From NCBI GenBank assembly GCA_021813275.1, contig JAKALD010000002.1:1-46552 (forward strand): DNA of 46,552 nt, in the 5' to 3' direction. This DNA is from Pseudomonadota bacterium. Its GTDB lineage: Bacteria > Pseudomonadota > Gammaproteobacteria > Burkholderiales > SG8-39. Below are positions 23,830 through 33,260 of the stretch, in pieces; positions within the stretch are counted from its first letter, which is position 1; each line of letters starts with the position of its first letter. A program made the position numbers and the translations under genes. Under the pieces are notes generated by a model. It did not search any database. It saw nothing but the letters and a program-made list of their open reading frames with translations, and was not told the DNA's origin.

Positions 23830-25107
23830 ATGATCCAGTCGCCGGAAACGATGACGGCCGTCGAAGCGGCCGCCGCGATCGAGAACGGAACGCTCAAGTG
23901 CGAAGCGCTCGTGCGCGCGTGCTTCGACAGGATCGAGGCGCGCGAAGGCGTCATCAATGCCTGGACGGTCACCGACCGCGCGCGGGCGATCGCAACCGCG
24001 CGCGAGCTCGACCCCGGGCCTCGGCGCGGGCTCCTGGACGGGATTCCGATCGGCGTGAAGGACATCATCGCGACGCGCGACTTCCCCACGAGCTACGGAT
24101 CCAAGATCTACGCCGGGCACCGGCCGCCGGCCGATGCGGGATGCGTCGCGATCCTGCGGGCGGCCGGCGCGATCCTGCCGGGAAAGACGGTCACCACCGA
24201 GTTCGCCTACTTCACGCCCGGCCCGACCGCCAATCCGAGAAACCCGCGCCACACGCCGGGCGGCTCGTCGAGCGGCTCGGCGGCCGCGGTGGCCGACGCC
24301 ATGGTGCCGCTCGCCCTCGGCACGCAGACCGCCGGCTCCGTCATTCGCCCCGCCTCGTTCTGCGGGATCGTCGGGTTCAAGCCCACCTTCGGGCGCATCA
24401 ATATGGCGGGCGTGAAGCCGTTCGCGCCGAGCCTCGACACGCTCGGCTGGATGGCGCGCAGCGTGGACGACCTCGAGCTCGCGCGGGCCGCCCTCGTCGG
24501 CGCGCCCTATCGCGCGCCGCGCTGGGAAGGCGGGCGCCCGCGCGTCGGGATCTGCCGGACGGCCGAATGGGACCGGGCGGAGAGTCCGGCGCGCGACGCG
24601 CTCGCTGCGGCGATCGCCGCAATCGAGCGCGAGGCGCGAGTCGCCGACGCGGAGTTCCCATCGGAGGGGCTCGTGGATGCCCAGAAGGCGGTCATGACCT
24701 TCGAGTCGGCGCGCTCGTTCGCGGACGAGCATCTCACGCATCGCGATTCGCTCAGCCCGGCCTTGCGCGAGCTCATCGAGCTCGGCTGGCGTACGCCGTA
24801 CGCCGACTACGTGGAAGCGCACCGGCAGGCCGACACCGCGCGGCAGCGGCTGCGGGAGGTTTTCGCGCGTCACGACGTGCTGCTCTCGCCGAGCGCGCCG
24901 GGGGAAGCACCCGCGGGCCTGGACGCGACGGGCGATCCCGTCTTCAACCGGATCTGGACGCTGCTGGGCGTGCCCTGCATCACGCTTCCCGCTCACGCGG
25001 GGCCGAACGGCCTGCCGGTGGGGATCCAGCTGATCGGCACCTGGGACAGGGATCGCGAGTTGCTCGGCATCGCCGAATGGATGGCGCGCCTGCTACGATC
25101 GGCGTGA
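23830..25107 (+). CDS. amidase (amidase-signature family)
   Basis: GGSSSGSAAAVADAMVPLALGTQTAGSVIRPASFCGIVGFKPTFGRI. ATG at 23830 is chosen within the longer track ORF. Confidence 0.85.
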   Translation: MIQSPETMTAVEAAAAIENGTLKCEALVRACFDRIEAREGVINAWTVTDRARAIATARELDPGPRRGLLDGIPIGVKDIIATRDFPTSYGSKIYAGHRPPADAGCVAILRAAGAILPGKTVTTEFAYFTPGPTANPRNPRHTPGGSSSGSAAAVADAMVPLALGTQTAGSVIRPASFCGIVGFKPTFGRINMAGVKPFAPSLDTLGWMARSVDDLELARAALVGAPYRAPRWEGGRPRVGICRTAEWDRAESPARDALAAAIAAIEREARVADAEFPSEGLVDAQKAVMTFESARSFADEHLTHRDSLSPALRELIELGWRTPYADYVEAHRQADTARQRLREVFARHDVLLSPSAPGEAPAGLDATGDPVFNRIWTLLGVPCITLPAHAGPNGLPVGIQLIGTWDRDRELLGIAEWMARLLRSA

Positions 25108-25134
25108 AGCCGGAACCGATCAAAGGGGGGCGAC

Positions 25135-26292
25135 GTGCCGCGAGGACTGGAAAAAGCGCTGACGATCGACGATCTCAAGGAGCGCGCCCGGCGCCGAGTG
25201 CCGAAGCTGTTCTTCGATTACGCGGATTCTGGCGCCTGGACCGAGCAGACCTACCGCGACAACGAGGCCGATTTCCACAAGGTCCGGCTGAAGCAGAAGG
25301 TCGCGGTCAACCTCGAAGGCCGCACGTTGAAGACCACGATGGCCGGGCAGCAGGTCGCGATGCCCGTGGCGCTCGCGCCCACCGGGCTGACCGGCATGCA
25401 GCACGCCGACGGCGAGATCCTGGCGGCGCGGGCGGCCGAGAAGGCCGGGGTGCCCTTCGTGCTCTCGACCATGAGCATCTGCTCGATCGAGGACATCGCG
25501 AGCCACACCTCGAAGCCCTTCTGGTTCCAGCTCTACGTGATGCGCGACCGCGAGTTCATCTACCGGCTGATCGAGCGCGCCAAGGCGGCGAAGTGTTCGG
25601 CGCTGGTGCTCACGATGGACCTGCAGCTCCTCGCGCAGCGCCACAAGGACCTGCGCAACGACCTCGCCGCGCCGCCGAAGCTCACGCCCAAGCACCTCTG
25701 GCAGATGACGCGGCGGCCGAGGTGGTGCCTGCAGATGCTCGGGACGAAGCGCCGCACCTTCGGCAACATCGTCGGCCACGCCAAGGGCGTCGCGGATCTC
25801 TCGTCGCTTTCCGCGTGGACCGCCGAGCAGTTCGACCCGCGGCTGTCGTGGGACGACGTGGCGTGGATCAAGGAGCGCTGGGGCGGGCCGCTCGTCATCA
25901 AGGGGGTCCTCAGCGCCGAGGACGCGCGCCGCGCGGCCGCGACTGGCGCCGATGCGCTGATCGTCTCCAACCACGGCGGGCGGCAGCTCGACGGCGCGCC
26001 TTCCTCGATCCGGGTCCTGCCGGAGGTGGTCGAAGCGGTGGGCAGCCGCATCGAGGTGCACATCGACGGCGGCATCCGCTCGGGCCAGGACGTCCTCAAG
26101 GCGCGGGCGCTGGGCGCGCGCGGCACCTATATCGGGCGCGCGTTCCTCTACGGGCTCGGCGCCGGCGGAGAGCCGGGCGTGCAGCGCGCGCTCGCCATCA
26201 TCGCGCGCGAGCTCGATCTCACCATGGCGCTGTGCGGCGAGCGCGACATCGAGAGCGTCGGCCGGCACAACATCTACGCGCTCGACTTCTGA
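25135..26292 (+). CDS. FMN-dependent alpha-hydroxy-acid oxidase/dehydrogenase (LldD / glycolate oxidase family)
   Basis: FFDYADSGAWTEQTYRDNEADF, FWFQLYVMRDR, VSNHGGRQLDG, DGGIRSGQDVLKA. Confidence 0.85.
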   Translation: MPRGLEKALTIDDLKERARRRVPKLFFDYADSGAWTEQTYRDNEADFHKVRLKQKVAVNLEGRTLKTTMAGQQVAMPVALAPTGLTGMQHADGEILAARAAEKAGVPFVLSTMSICSIEDIASHTSKPFWFQLYVMRDREFIYRLIERAKAAKCSALVLTMDLQLLAQRHKDLRNDLAAPPKLTPKHLWQMTRRPRWCLQMLGTKRRTFGNIVGHAKGVADLSSLSAWTAEQFDPRLSWDDVAWIKERWGGPLVIKGVLSAEDARRAAATGADALIVSNHGGRQLDGAPSSIRVLPEVVEAVGSRIEVHIDGGIRSGQDVLKARALGARGTYIGRAFLYGLGAGGEPGVQRALAIIARELDLTMALCGERDIESVGRHNIYALDF

Positions 26293-26310
26293 CCGCGCCC
26301 GAGCGCGCGC

Positions 26311-26811
26311 CTATCGGCCCAGGTCGTTGATCGCGTCCACGACCATGCCGGTGCCGACGGCGATCAGCAGGATGTCCGAAGCCACGCGCACGTAGCGATA
26401 GCCGGCGGGCGGCGGCCCGAGCTCCACCACCAGGGCGCGCGGCAGGTCGTAGCGCACGACGTCCCGCGGCAGCGGCTCGCCGATCGCCCACTTTCTCGCC
26501 TGGCCCGGCGGCATGCAGCCGTTGTGCTTCTTCGCGAGACCGGGCGGGCATCTGCCGCGGCGGTATTGCTTGGCGTAGTACTCGCGAATCGCGATCCGGC
26601 GGCGATCGCCGAAGCGCCACGCCTCGTGCCCGCGGCGCGCTTCGCCGCCGCGCTCGGCCCGCTGCTCCGGGTTCCGGGCGCTGCCGCGTTCCTCGTTGTA
26701 GCCCTGCTCGCCCTTCTTGCCGCTTCCCGCCCAGGGCGGCTTGTCCGCGAAAGCCGGGCCTGCCGCGACGATCGCGGCCAGCGCGAGCGTGAGGCCGCGA
26801 GCCCGTATCAC
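26311..26811 (-). CDS. CigR-like (anti-virulence regulator CigR family) secreted protein
   Basis: Signal peptide, charged Gly/Glu/Arg linker, then MPPGQARKWAIGEPLPRDVVRYDLPRALVVELGPPPAGYRYVRVASDILLIAVGTGMVVDAINDL. Confidence 0.6.
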   Translation of the reverse strand: MIRARGLTLALAAIVAAGPAFADKPPWAGSGKKGEQGYNEERGSARNPEQRAERGGEARRGHEAWRFGDRRRIAIREYYAKQYRRGRCPPGLAKKHNGCMPPGQARKWAIGEPLPRDVVRYDLPRALVVELGPPPAGYRYVRVASDILLIAVGTGMVVDAINDLGR

Positions 26812-26859
26812 CCGATTGCTCCTCGTCGTCGTTCTCCCTCTGGCAGGTCGAGGCTCAGG

Positions 26860-27216
26860 CTAGATGGCCAGCACGACGAGGATCGCGATCAGCAGGATCA
26901 CGATCAGGTCGTTGTCGCCGAGCCGACCGCCGGCAGGCAGCGAGTCGATCTTCTGCGCGAGCGTGTGCACCTCCTGGTCGCTGAGCGCCGCGACCCGCTC
27001 CTGGGCGAAGAGGCTCTTCACGCCGAACGCCTGCAGCCGCCGCTTCACGTCCGCGCGGTCGAGGAATGCCTGGACCTTGGCCCGATCCGCTGCGGCCTGG
27101 TTGCGGCCCGCGACCTGCTGGGCGGAGATCATGTCGGCGCGGGCGAGCGAGGGTTGCAAGCACAAAGCCGCGGTCATGACGACTGCCGCCAACGAACGCG
27201 GGGATTTCACTTTCAT
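26860..27216 (-). CDS. PA2779-family small secreted/membrane-anchored protein (copy 2)
   Basis: Roughly three-quarters identical by eye to the 10224-10595 product. Both share the same start context, TTTCATGGCGACTCCTTTCC on the plus strand. Confidence 0.7.
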   Translation of the reverse strand: MKVKSPRSLAAVVMTAALCLQPSLARADMISAQQVAGRNQAAADRAKVQAFLDRADVKRRLQAFGVKSLFAQERVAALSDQEVHTLAQKIDSLPAGGRLGDNDLIVILLIAILVVLAI

Positions 27217-27429
27217 GGCGACTCCTTTCCTTTTGTGTGGATGACGGCATGAAGCGGGACAACAGCCGGGAAATTATGATCTGGCGCATGTCCCTTGCCT
27301 AGCGCCCGCCGTCGCCAATCGGCGACGGGAGAGCCCTGCACGACCGCGCCGGGCACCGGGCCGAGCGCCATACTGCAGTGCGGCATGCGCGATCGCCGCG
27401 TGCCGCACCGATCGAGGAGGGATCCGTCC

Positions 27430-27993
27430 ATGTGGAAAGCGTTGAGCATCGCGATGCTGTCGTCGATTCTCGCCGCTGCAGGCAGCGCGCGCGCGGCGGG
27501 CATGTCGCTCAGCAGCCCGGACATCAAGAGGAACGGCACCATCAGCATGGAATACGTCTACAAGGGGTTCGGATGCACCGGCAACAACGTCTCGCCGGCA
27601 TTGCAGTGGAGGGGCGCCCCGAAAGGCACGAAGAGCTTCGCGGTCACGGTCTACGATCCCGATGCGCCGACCGGAAGCGGCTGGTGGCACTGGGTGCTGT
27701 TCAATATTCCGGCCGACGTCACTTCGTTGCCGCGCAACGCGGGCGATCCGGGCGCGAATCTCGCGCCTGCCGGAAGCGTGCAGGGCCGCACCGACTTCGG
27801 CGCGCCCGGCTACCGCGGCCCGTGCCCGCCGACGGGCGACCGGCCGCATCGCTATCACTTCACGGTCTACGCCCTGGACATCCCCAGGATCGACGCCGAT
27901 CAGAACGCCTCGGCGGCGTTCATCGGATTCAACATTCACTTCCATACGCTCGCCAAGGCGAGCTTCGTCGGACGATACGGCCGGAAGAAGTAA
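27430..27993 (+). CDS. YbhB/YbcL family Raf-kinase-inhibitor-like (PEBP) periplasmic protein
   Basis: Signal peptide MWKALSIAMLSSILAAAGSARA. VYDPDAPTGSGWWHWVLFNIPA and GYRGPCPPTGDRPHRYHFTVYAL. Confidence 0.85.
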   Translation: MWKALSIAMLSSILAAAGSARAAGMSLSSPDIKRNGTISMEYVYKGFGCTGNNVSPALQWRGAPKGTKSFAVTVYDPDAPTGSGWWHWVLFNIPADVTSLPRNAGDPGANLAPAGSVQGRTDFGAPGYRGPCPPTGDRPHRYHFTVYALDIPRIDADQNASAAFIGFNIHFHTLAKASFVGRYGRKK

Positions 27994-28012
27994 TTCGGCG
28001 CGGCTGGTGCCT

Positions 28013-28060
28013 CGGCCGGGAAAAAAAGCCCGGCGCGGGTTTTCTCCCGCGACCGGGCTG
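28013..28060. terminator. compound GC hairpin between convergent genes; good intrinsic terminator for the minus-strand kinase operon
   Basis: GCCCGGCGCGGG ttttct CCCGCGACCGGGC has one bulge. Read on the minus strand, the stem is followed by TTTTTTT. On the plus strand only a weak T-tail follows. Confidence 0.5.
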
Positions 28061-28229
28061 GTTTCGACTCCGGGAAGGAGGAGAGACCGGAGACGATTCG
28101 CATGGTGAGCGCCTCGCCGGCAGCAGGCGAGGGCAGATGTCACGTTCTGAAACAATTCACTGATCCGGACCGGAGCGTTCGGCCACGCCGGTGGCTGCCG
28201 CGCGGGGGGGATTCGGCTCCGGGTTTCGC

Positions 28230-29576
28230 TCAGGTAAACGCGACGCTCACGCGCAGGCCCCGGCCTTCGGGCCCCTCCGAAAAGGTGAGCTTCGCGGCGT
28301 GGATCTCGGCGATGCGCTGCACGATCGAAAGCCCGAGCCCGCTGCCGCTCGCTTCGCTCCCCGGCATGCGGTAGAAGCGCCGCGCGACCTTGGCGCGTTC
28401 CTCCGGCGGGATTCCGGGGCCCTGGTCCGTCACCGCGATCGAGGAAGTCGCGCCCGCGCGCGCCGCCGCCACGCGCACGACCGTGCCCGGCGGCGAATAG
28501 CGCACGGCGTTGTCGATCAGGTTGCGAAGCAGCACCGCGATGAGGTCCGCGTGCCCGTCGGCCATGACCGGCCCGCTGCCGTCGAGCTCGATCTCGATTC
28601 CGCGCGCGAGCGCAGCCGGCGCGAGCTCCGCGACCGCCTGGCGCGCGAGCTCGCGCAGGTCGCAGCGCGCGGCCTGTCCCCGCAGCTGGCCGGGCTCGAG
28701 ACGCGCGAGGGTCAGCAGCTGCTCGACCAGCCGCGTGGCGCGATCGCACCCGGCGATGACGTTGTCGAGCGCGTGCAGTCGGGCGGGCGCGTCCTGCGCG
28801 GCGCGCGCGACCTGCGCCTGGGTCTTGAGCGCCGCGAGGGGTGTGCGCAGCTCGTGGGCGGCGTCCGCCGTGAAGCGGCGCTCGTTCTCGATCATGCGGG
28901 CGACGCGCACGAACAGCGCGTTGAGGCTGCGCACGAGCGGGGCTACCTCTGCGGGCGCGTCGTCCGCCTGGAGCGCAGCGAGATCGTCGGGGCGGCGCGC
29001 CTCGACCTGCCGTCCGAGGGCGGGCAGCGGGCGCAGTGCTGCGGAGATGCCGAGCCACACGAGCAGGCCGAGCGCGGGCAGCGCGAGCGCGAGCGGCGCG
29101 AGCAGGCTCGTCGCGGCGCGCGCGGCGATCTCGTTGCGTGCCTGCGCCCGCTCGCCCACCTGGACGAGGAAGCCCCGCTTGGCGTCCCAGGCGCTGAACA
29201 CGCGCCAGCGGGTGCCCTCCAGCGTGGCGTCGCTGAAGCCGTGGTCGCTCGCCGAGAGCCGCTGCCGGGGCGCGTTCGCCGAGTGCAGGCGCAAGACATC
29301 ACCCCGCTCCCAAACCTGGAAGGCGACGCGCTGCACGCGCTTGTCGAGCTGCGGTGCGTGCTTGAGCTCGATCTCCCCGAAGTCGTGCCCGACCTGCGCG
29401 ACGATGAGCGAGGCGGATTGCGCGAGGTGCGCGTCGAGCAGCTCGTCGACCTCGTGGCGCGCTTCGAAGTAGCTGTAGGCGGCAGTGGCGGCCCAGACGA
29501 GCGCCGCCGTGCCGAGCACCGCGAGGAGCAGGCGGCGCCCGAGCGAGTACACGGGCGGGCTATGCGCTCTGTTCAC
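28230..29576 (-). CDS. sensor histidine kinase (QseC/PmrB-like)
   Basis: Two TM segments, HAMP, FTADAAHELRTPLAALKTQAQV, LRNLIDNAVRYSP, GLGLSIVQRIAEIH. Confidence 0.85.
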   Translation of the reverse strand: MNRAHSPPVYSLGRRLLLAVLGTAALVWAATAAYSYFEARHEVDELLDAHLAQSASLIVAQVGHDFGEIELKHAPQLDKRVQRVAFQVWERGDVLRLHSANAPRQRLSASDHGFSDATLEGTRWRVFSAWDAKRGFLVQVGERAQARNEIAARAATSLLAPLALALPALGLLVWLGISAALRPLPALGRQVEARRPDDLAALQADDAPAEVAPLVRSLNALFVRVARMIENERRFTADAAHELRTPLAALKTQAQVARAAQDAPARLHALDNVIAGCDRATRLVEQLLTLARLEPGQLRGQAARCDLRELARQAVAELAPAALARGIEIELDGSGPVMADGHADLIAVLLRNLIDNAVRYSPPGTVVRVAAARAGATSSIAVTDQGPGIPPEERAKVARRFYRMPGSEASGSGLGLSIVQRIAEIHAAKLTFSEGPEGRGLRVSVAFT

Positions 29577-30228
29577 GGGGCATGAGATAGCCCACGCCGC
29601 GCACGGTGCGGATCGTCTTCGCTCCGAGCCGGCGGCGCAGGTGGTGCACGTGCACGTCGATCGCGTTGCTCTCGATCTCCTCGCCCCAGGCGTACAGGCG
29701 CTCGGCGAGCTGCTCGCGGCTCAGCACCCACCCGGCGTGCAGCATGAACACGTGCAGCAGCGCGAACTCGCGCGCCGCGAGCTCGACCGGCGCGCCCTTG
29801 AGCGTGACGCGATGCGCCGCGGGGTCGAGCTGCACCTCGCCCACGGCGAGCAGCGGCCCGGCCTCTCCCCGCGAGCGCCGGATGAGCGCGCGCAGCCGCG
29901 CGGCGAGCTCGTTCAGGTCGAATGGCTTCACCACGTAGTCGTCCGCGCCGCCATCGAGCCCCTTGACCCGGTCCTCGACCGCGTCGCGCGCGGTGAGGAT
30001 GAGCACCGGGGTCTTGTCGCCCGAGGCGCGCATGCGCCGCAGCAGCTCGAGGCCGGACAGGCGCGGCAGGCCCAGATCGAGGACGACCGCGGCATAGTCG
30101 CCCGTCTTCAGGGCGAGATCGGCCGCTACGCCGTCCTCCACCCAGTCCGCCGCATAGCCCGCCTGCGCGAGGCCCGCCTTCACGCCGTCGCCGAGCAGGG
30201 GATCGTCCTCCACGAGCAGCACGCGCAT
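29560..30228 (-). CDS. OmpR-family response regulator
   Basis: MRVLLVEDDPLLGDG...VVLDLGLP...ADDYVVKPF plus a winged-helix C-terminus IRTVRGVGY. Overlaps the kinase start. Confidence 0.9.
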   Translation of the reverse strand: MRVLLVEDDPLLGDGVKAGLAQAGYAADWVEDGVAADLALKTGDYAAVVLDLGLPRLSGLELLRRMRASGDKTPVLILTARDAVEDRVKGLDGGADDYVVKPFDLNELAARLRALIRRSRGEAGPLLAVGEVQLDPAAHRVTLKGAPVELAAREFALLHVFMLHAGWVLSREQLAERLYAWGEEIESNAIDVHVHHLRRRLGAKTIRTVRGVGYLMPREQSA

Positions 30229-30247
30229 GCGACTAGTGTACCCATGG

Positions 30248-30934
30248 TCAGTCGTCGTCCTGGTGGGCGGAATGATGGCCCGCGGCCTGGTCGGCGCCGC
30301 CGCCCGGCATAAGCAGGCTGCCAGGCGCGATGATCCAGAACGCGGCCACGCCGAGCGCCAATGCGGTCCCCGCGAGCAGCCGCCGCCCGCGGATGCCGTC
30401 GGCCGGGTCCCCGGACTTGTAGCCGCTCAGCATCGCGCGCACGAGATTTTCCCGGTGCAGGATGCTGCTCGCGATCACCCCGAGCACGTGGATGATCACC
30501 ACGGCGAGCAGCGCGTTGGCGAGACCTCCGTGCAGCTCCTCCATCCAGTCGCCGCCGAGATTGCTGTAAGTCGCGTAGCCGGTCGCGCCCGCGAGCACGC
30601 TCAGCGCGAGCAACGCGTAGATCGCCCAGCTTCCCGCCGGGTTGTGCCCGACGTAGTGCCGCGGCGCGCGCGTGAAGAGCGACTTGAGGTACTCGAGCAC
30701 GGCGCGCGGTCCGAAGGCGAACGAGCCGAAGCGCGCGTAGCGGCTGCCTGCGAAGCCCCAGACGAGCCGAAAAGCGACCAGCCCGAGCATGGTGTAGCCG
30801 AGGACCACGTGCACGTCGCGCAGTCGCTCGGAGTCGCCGGTGGCGAACGCGCCGATGAACGACGCCGCGAGCAGCCAGTGCGCGATGCGCGTCGGCAGGT
30901 CCCAGACGAGGATCTTCGATCTCTCCATGATCAT
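30248..30934 (-). CDS. cytochrome b (b561 / Ni-Fe hydrogenase b-type subunit family)
   Basis: VWDLPTRIAHWLLAASFIGAFATGD...HVVLGYTMLGLVAFRLVWGF, 4 TM with conserved His residues. Confidence 0.8.
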   Translation of the reverse strand: MIMERSKILVWDLPTRIAHWLLAASFIGAFATGDSERLRDVHVVLGYTMLGLVAFRLVWGFAGSRYARFGSFAFGPRAVLEYLKSLFTRAPRHYVGHNPAGSWAIYALLALSVLAGATGYATYSNLGGDWMEELHGGLANALLAVVIIHVLGVIASSILHRENLVRAMLSGYKSGDPADGIRGRRLLAGTALALGVAAFWIIAPGSLLMPGGGADQAAGHHSAHQDDD

Positions 30935-30940
30935 TCTCCT

Positions 30941-31423
30941 TCAGCGTGGCAGGCGCAGCGAGCGCTCGCCGAAATCACCCTGCTCGGCCCGCCGGTGGCA
31001 CGCGGCGCAGTTCGCGGGGCTCTTGACCGCGGCGCTGCGCCAGGTCGCGGCCGGCACTTCGTCGTGCTCGCGCACGAACCATCCGGTGTCGGTGATGCGC
31101 CCGGACGCGGTGTCGCGCGACGTGCGTGCCGCGTGGCGCTCGAGGAATGCGCCGATTTCGGCCGCCGCCCCCGGATCGAGGCTGGCGTCGGTGCCGAAGT
31201 GCCGGTCGAGCCGCGCCATGACCCGGTGCCAGGCCGGCGCGGGCAGGAGCTGCGGCGGGTAGGCCACGTGGCAGGCGCCGCATTCGGCTTGCCAGCGCGC
31301 GTTGCGCGCGGAAGAGAAATCGTGGCCCGCCATCGCTTCGTGCGCGAGCAGCGCCAGCCCGGCGACGATCGACACGGTCCACACGGTCAGATCGAATGGC
31401 AGTCTCTTTACGGTGTCGTTCAT
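30941..31423 (-). CDS. diheme cytochrome c (DHC family)
   Basis: Two CxxCH motifs (CGACH, CAACH) and an N-terminal anchor/signal. Confidence 0.75.
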   Translation of the reverse strand: MNDTVKRLPFDLTVWTVSIVAGLALLAHEAMAGHDFSSARNARWQAECGACHVAYPPQLLPAPAWHRVMARLDRHFGTDASLDPGAAAEIGAFLERHAARTSRDTASGRITDTGWFVREHDEVPAATWRSAAVKSPANCAACHRRAEQGDFGERSLRLPR

Positions 31424-31435
31424 GGTGCGCCGCGC

Positions 31436-31855
31436 CTATTTGAGCGACATCAGGTACGCGAGCACGTCGCCCTTTTCGCGGGGCGTGCACGCCCGGCCGA
31501 GCACGTCGTTGCAGTTGCGCCTGAGCCACTTCTCGACGCGCGCTGCATCGGTGAAGCGCTTCGGGTTCGCCGCCGGCGCGAGCGGCGCGATGTCCTTCGC
31601 GGTCTTCGCGTGGCGGCCGGCCGAGAGCGGGTTATCCGTGTGGCACGAGGCACAGCTCCATTCCGAGCCGTGCCGCGATCTGAAGAATTGCTCGCCGCGG
31701 GAGGCGGAGAGCCCCGCGTAGGCCGGCTCGGCTTCGCGCGCCGCGGCCTCGAATTGCGCCCGCAGCTCGGCCGGCGATGCTGCCGAGGCGAGGATCGGCG
31801 CCGCGCCGAGCATCGCCGCCGCCAGAATCCGAAACCGTGAATCGATCGTGCCCAT
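31436..31855 (-). CDS. DUF1924-type monoheme c-type protein
   Basis: Signal peptide, CASCH heme motif, C-terminal KWLRRNCNDVLGRACTPREKGDVLAYL. Confidence 0.7.
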   Translation of the reverse strand: MGTIDSRFRILAAAMLGAAPILASAASPAELRAQFEAAAREAEPAYAGLSASRGEQFFRSRHGSEWSCASCHTDNPLSAGRHAKTAKDIAPLAPAANPKRFTDAARVEKWLRRNCNDVLGRACTPREKGDVLAYLMSLK

Positions 31856-31904
31856 GTCGTCTCCCGAATGAAGCCTTGACTACGGGCACTCTAGGCAGCC
31901 CGGA

Positions 31905-31919
31905 TTAACGGGCCGTTAA
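31905..31919. promoter_or_regulatory. perfect 15-bp palindrome TTAACGG-G-CCGTTAA, 50 nt upstream of the DUF1924 operon start
   Basis: 7-bp arms read directly from the sequence. It is the only A/T-containing palindrome in this intergenic region. Confidence 0.3.
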
Positions 31920-31992
31920 CTCGTTCCCCCGACGTTGAAGCGTGCCCGGCGGCGGTGGGGAAGGCGCGCCGCCGGGACGGAAGAGCGCCGGC

Positions 31993-32502
31993 TTACGGCG
32001 CGATGTAGGCGTAGCCGCGGTTCTGGTAGGCCATCAGCGAGATCCACGCGTTGCCGACCACCTTGACGCCGGGATCGACATCCTGCGGCTTCGTGCCTTG
32101 CTCGCGAACCGCGACCGAGCACTGCTGCAGGTCCTCGATGCCGGGGGCCTTGCGCATCGCCTTGAGCTCGGCCGCGATCTGTGCCGCGATCGGGCGGTCT
32201 TCGGGCTTGATCTTCGACTGATCGGTCTGAATGAGCTTCGTCGCGGGCCCGCGGAACGCGAGCAGGAAGTGCGGGGTCACGCCCTGCGCGATCAGCGACT
32301 CGCGGGTTTCCTCGATGACCTTGAGCCGGCCGAGCAGCGCCTTGGCGTCGCCGGTGGTGATGTCGAACGCCACCTTCACTTCCTTGGCGCCGGCGAGCGC
32401 CTCGCGATCGTTGTAGCCGGCCGCCACGCCGAGCGTCGTCACGAATTGCGCGCCGATCACGAATGCGAGCGCGCCGAGCGCGCGATGTGAAAACAACTTC
32501 AC
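31993..32502 (-). CDS. secreted DsrE/DsrF-like family protein
   Basis: Signal peptide, VKVAFDITTGD, LLAFRGPA, QQCSVAVREQG and the ending NRGYAYIAP resemble COG1416/DsrE-like proteins. Confidence 0.5.
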   Translation of the reverse strand: MKLFSHRALGALAFVIGAQFVTTLGVAAGYNDREALAGAKEVKVAFDITTGDAKALLGRLKVIEETRESLIAQGVTPHFLLAFRGPATKLIQTDQSKIKPEDRPIAAQIAAELKAMRKAPGIEDLQQCSVAVREQGTKPQDVDPGVKVVGNAWISLMAYQNRGYAYIAP

Positions 32503-32870
32503 GTTGACCTCCCTCTCCCTGGTGGATGAACGAAATTGATCGGCTTATTAGCCGAATTGCGCTGGCGTCCCTCGGCATCCGCAGTATAGGTGCGCGCGGT
32601 TCGAAGGCAACTCCGGATAGTTCCGGAGGCCGCCGCCGTCCCTCGGGGAGGCCGGACATCCGGCGGCTGCGGTGACGGGCCGCGGCGACACCCGTGCGCG
32701 GCGTGATCCTGCGCCCACGGCGCGATGCGCGTTCGTTAGGTTTTTCCTTTGCGTTGCGGTCCCCAGCCGCGCGAAGATGGGGACGCGCAGCCCGCTCGCG
32801 CGGGCGCGCGTGGTCCGGCTCGAGGGGGAAGCGGGCCGCCACCCTGTTCAGTCGTCATGGGAGACAGGCC

Positions 32871-33260
32871 ATGCACAAGCACTGGGCAATCGTCCTTGCG
32901 GTTCTCCTCCTCGGTCTCGCGACCAGCACTGTGCTCGCCGACAGCGGCATCGGGTTGCGCTGGTCGCTCGCGTGGCCGCGCCTCTCGCCGCGCGCGGACT
33001 CGGGATCACCGGGTCTGCACGTCGTTCCGGAGCCCCTCGCGGGCGACGGGGCATTCGTGCCGCGGTATTCGCTCGCGCCGCTGCCGGTGGAGGAGAGGGC
33101 GGCGGGGCTGCGCCCCGATGACATTCCGCCCGGGGTCTCCTTCTACTACGGCCTGTCGCAGGGCGAATCCGTGAGTCGCGACCGGAGTCTCTACCAGCTG
33201 ACCTCGCCTTCGGATTCGGCGTCGCGGACGATGGGGCTCACGGTCAAGTACCCGTTCTGA
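32871..33260 (+). CDS. hypothetical secreted protein (129 aa)
   Basis: ATG at 32871 gives signal peptide MHKHWAIVLAVLLLGLATSTVLA. Ends ..GLTVKYPF (aromatic C-terminus). No recognisable family. Confidence 0.45.
   Translation: MHKHWAIVLAVLLLGLATSTVLADSGIGLRWSLAWPRLSPRADSGSPGLHVVPEPLAGDGAFVPRYSLAPLPVEERAAGLRPDDIPPGVSFYYGLSQGESVSRDRSLYQLTSPSDSASRTMGLTVKYPF

Noticed and set aside
23898-26330. 810-aa plus-strand ORF spanning the amidase and hydroxy-acid oxidase genes
   Set aside because: It runs out of frame across two well-supported genes, and its product is almost pure R/A/G/P. This is a GC artefact.
28112-28132. Hairpin CCTCGCC-ggcagca-GGCGAGG as a second terminator between the PEBP gene and the kinase operon
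   Set aside because: No T-tract on either strand, and a stronger terminator structure lies 60 nt away. It is probably incidental GC-rich self-complementarity.
32598-32607. GGTTCGAAGG resembling a tRNA T-arm in the 368-nt spacer 32503-32870
   Set aside because: No acceptor stem, anticodon arm or D-arm can be drawn around it, and the T-loop consensus GGTTCGAATCC is not completed.
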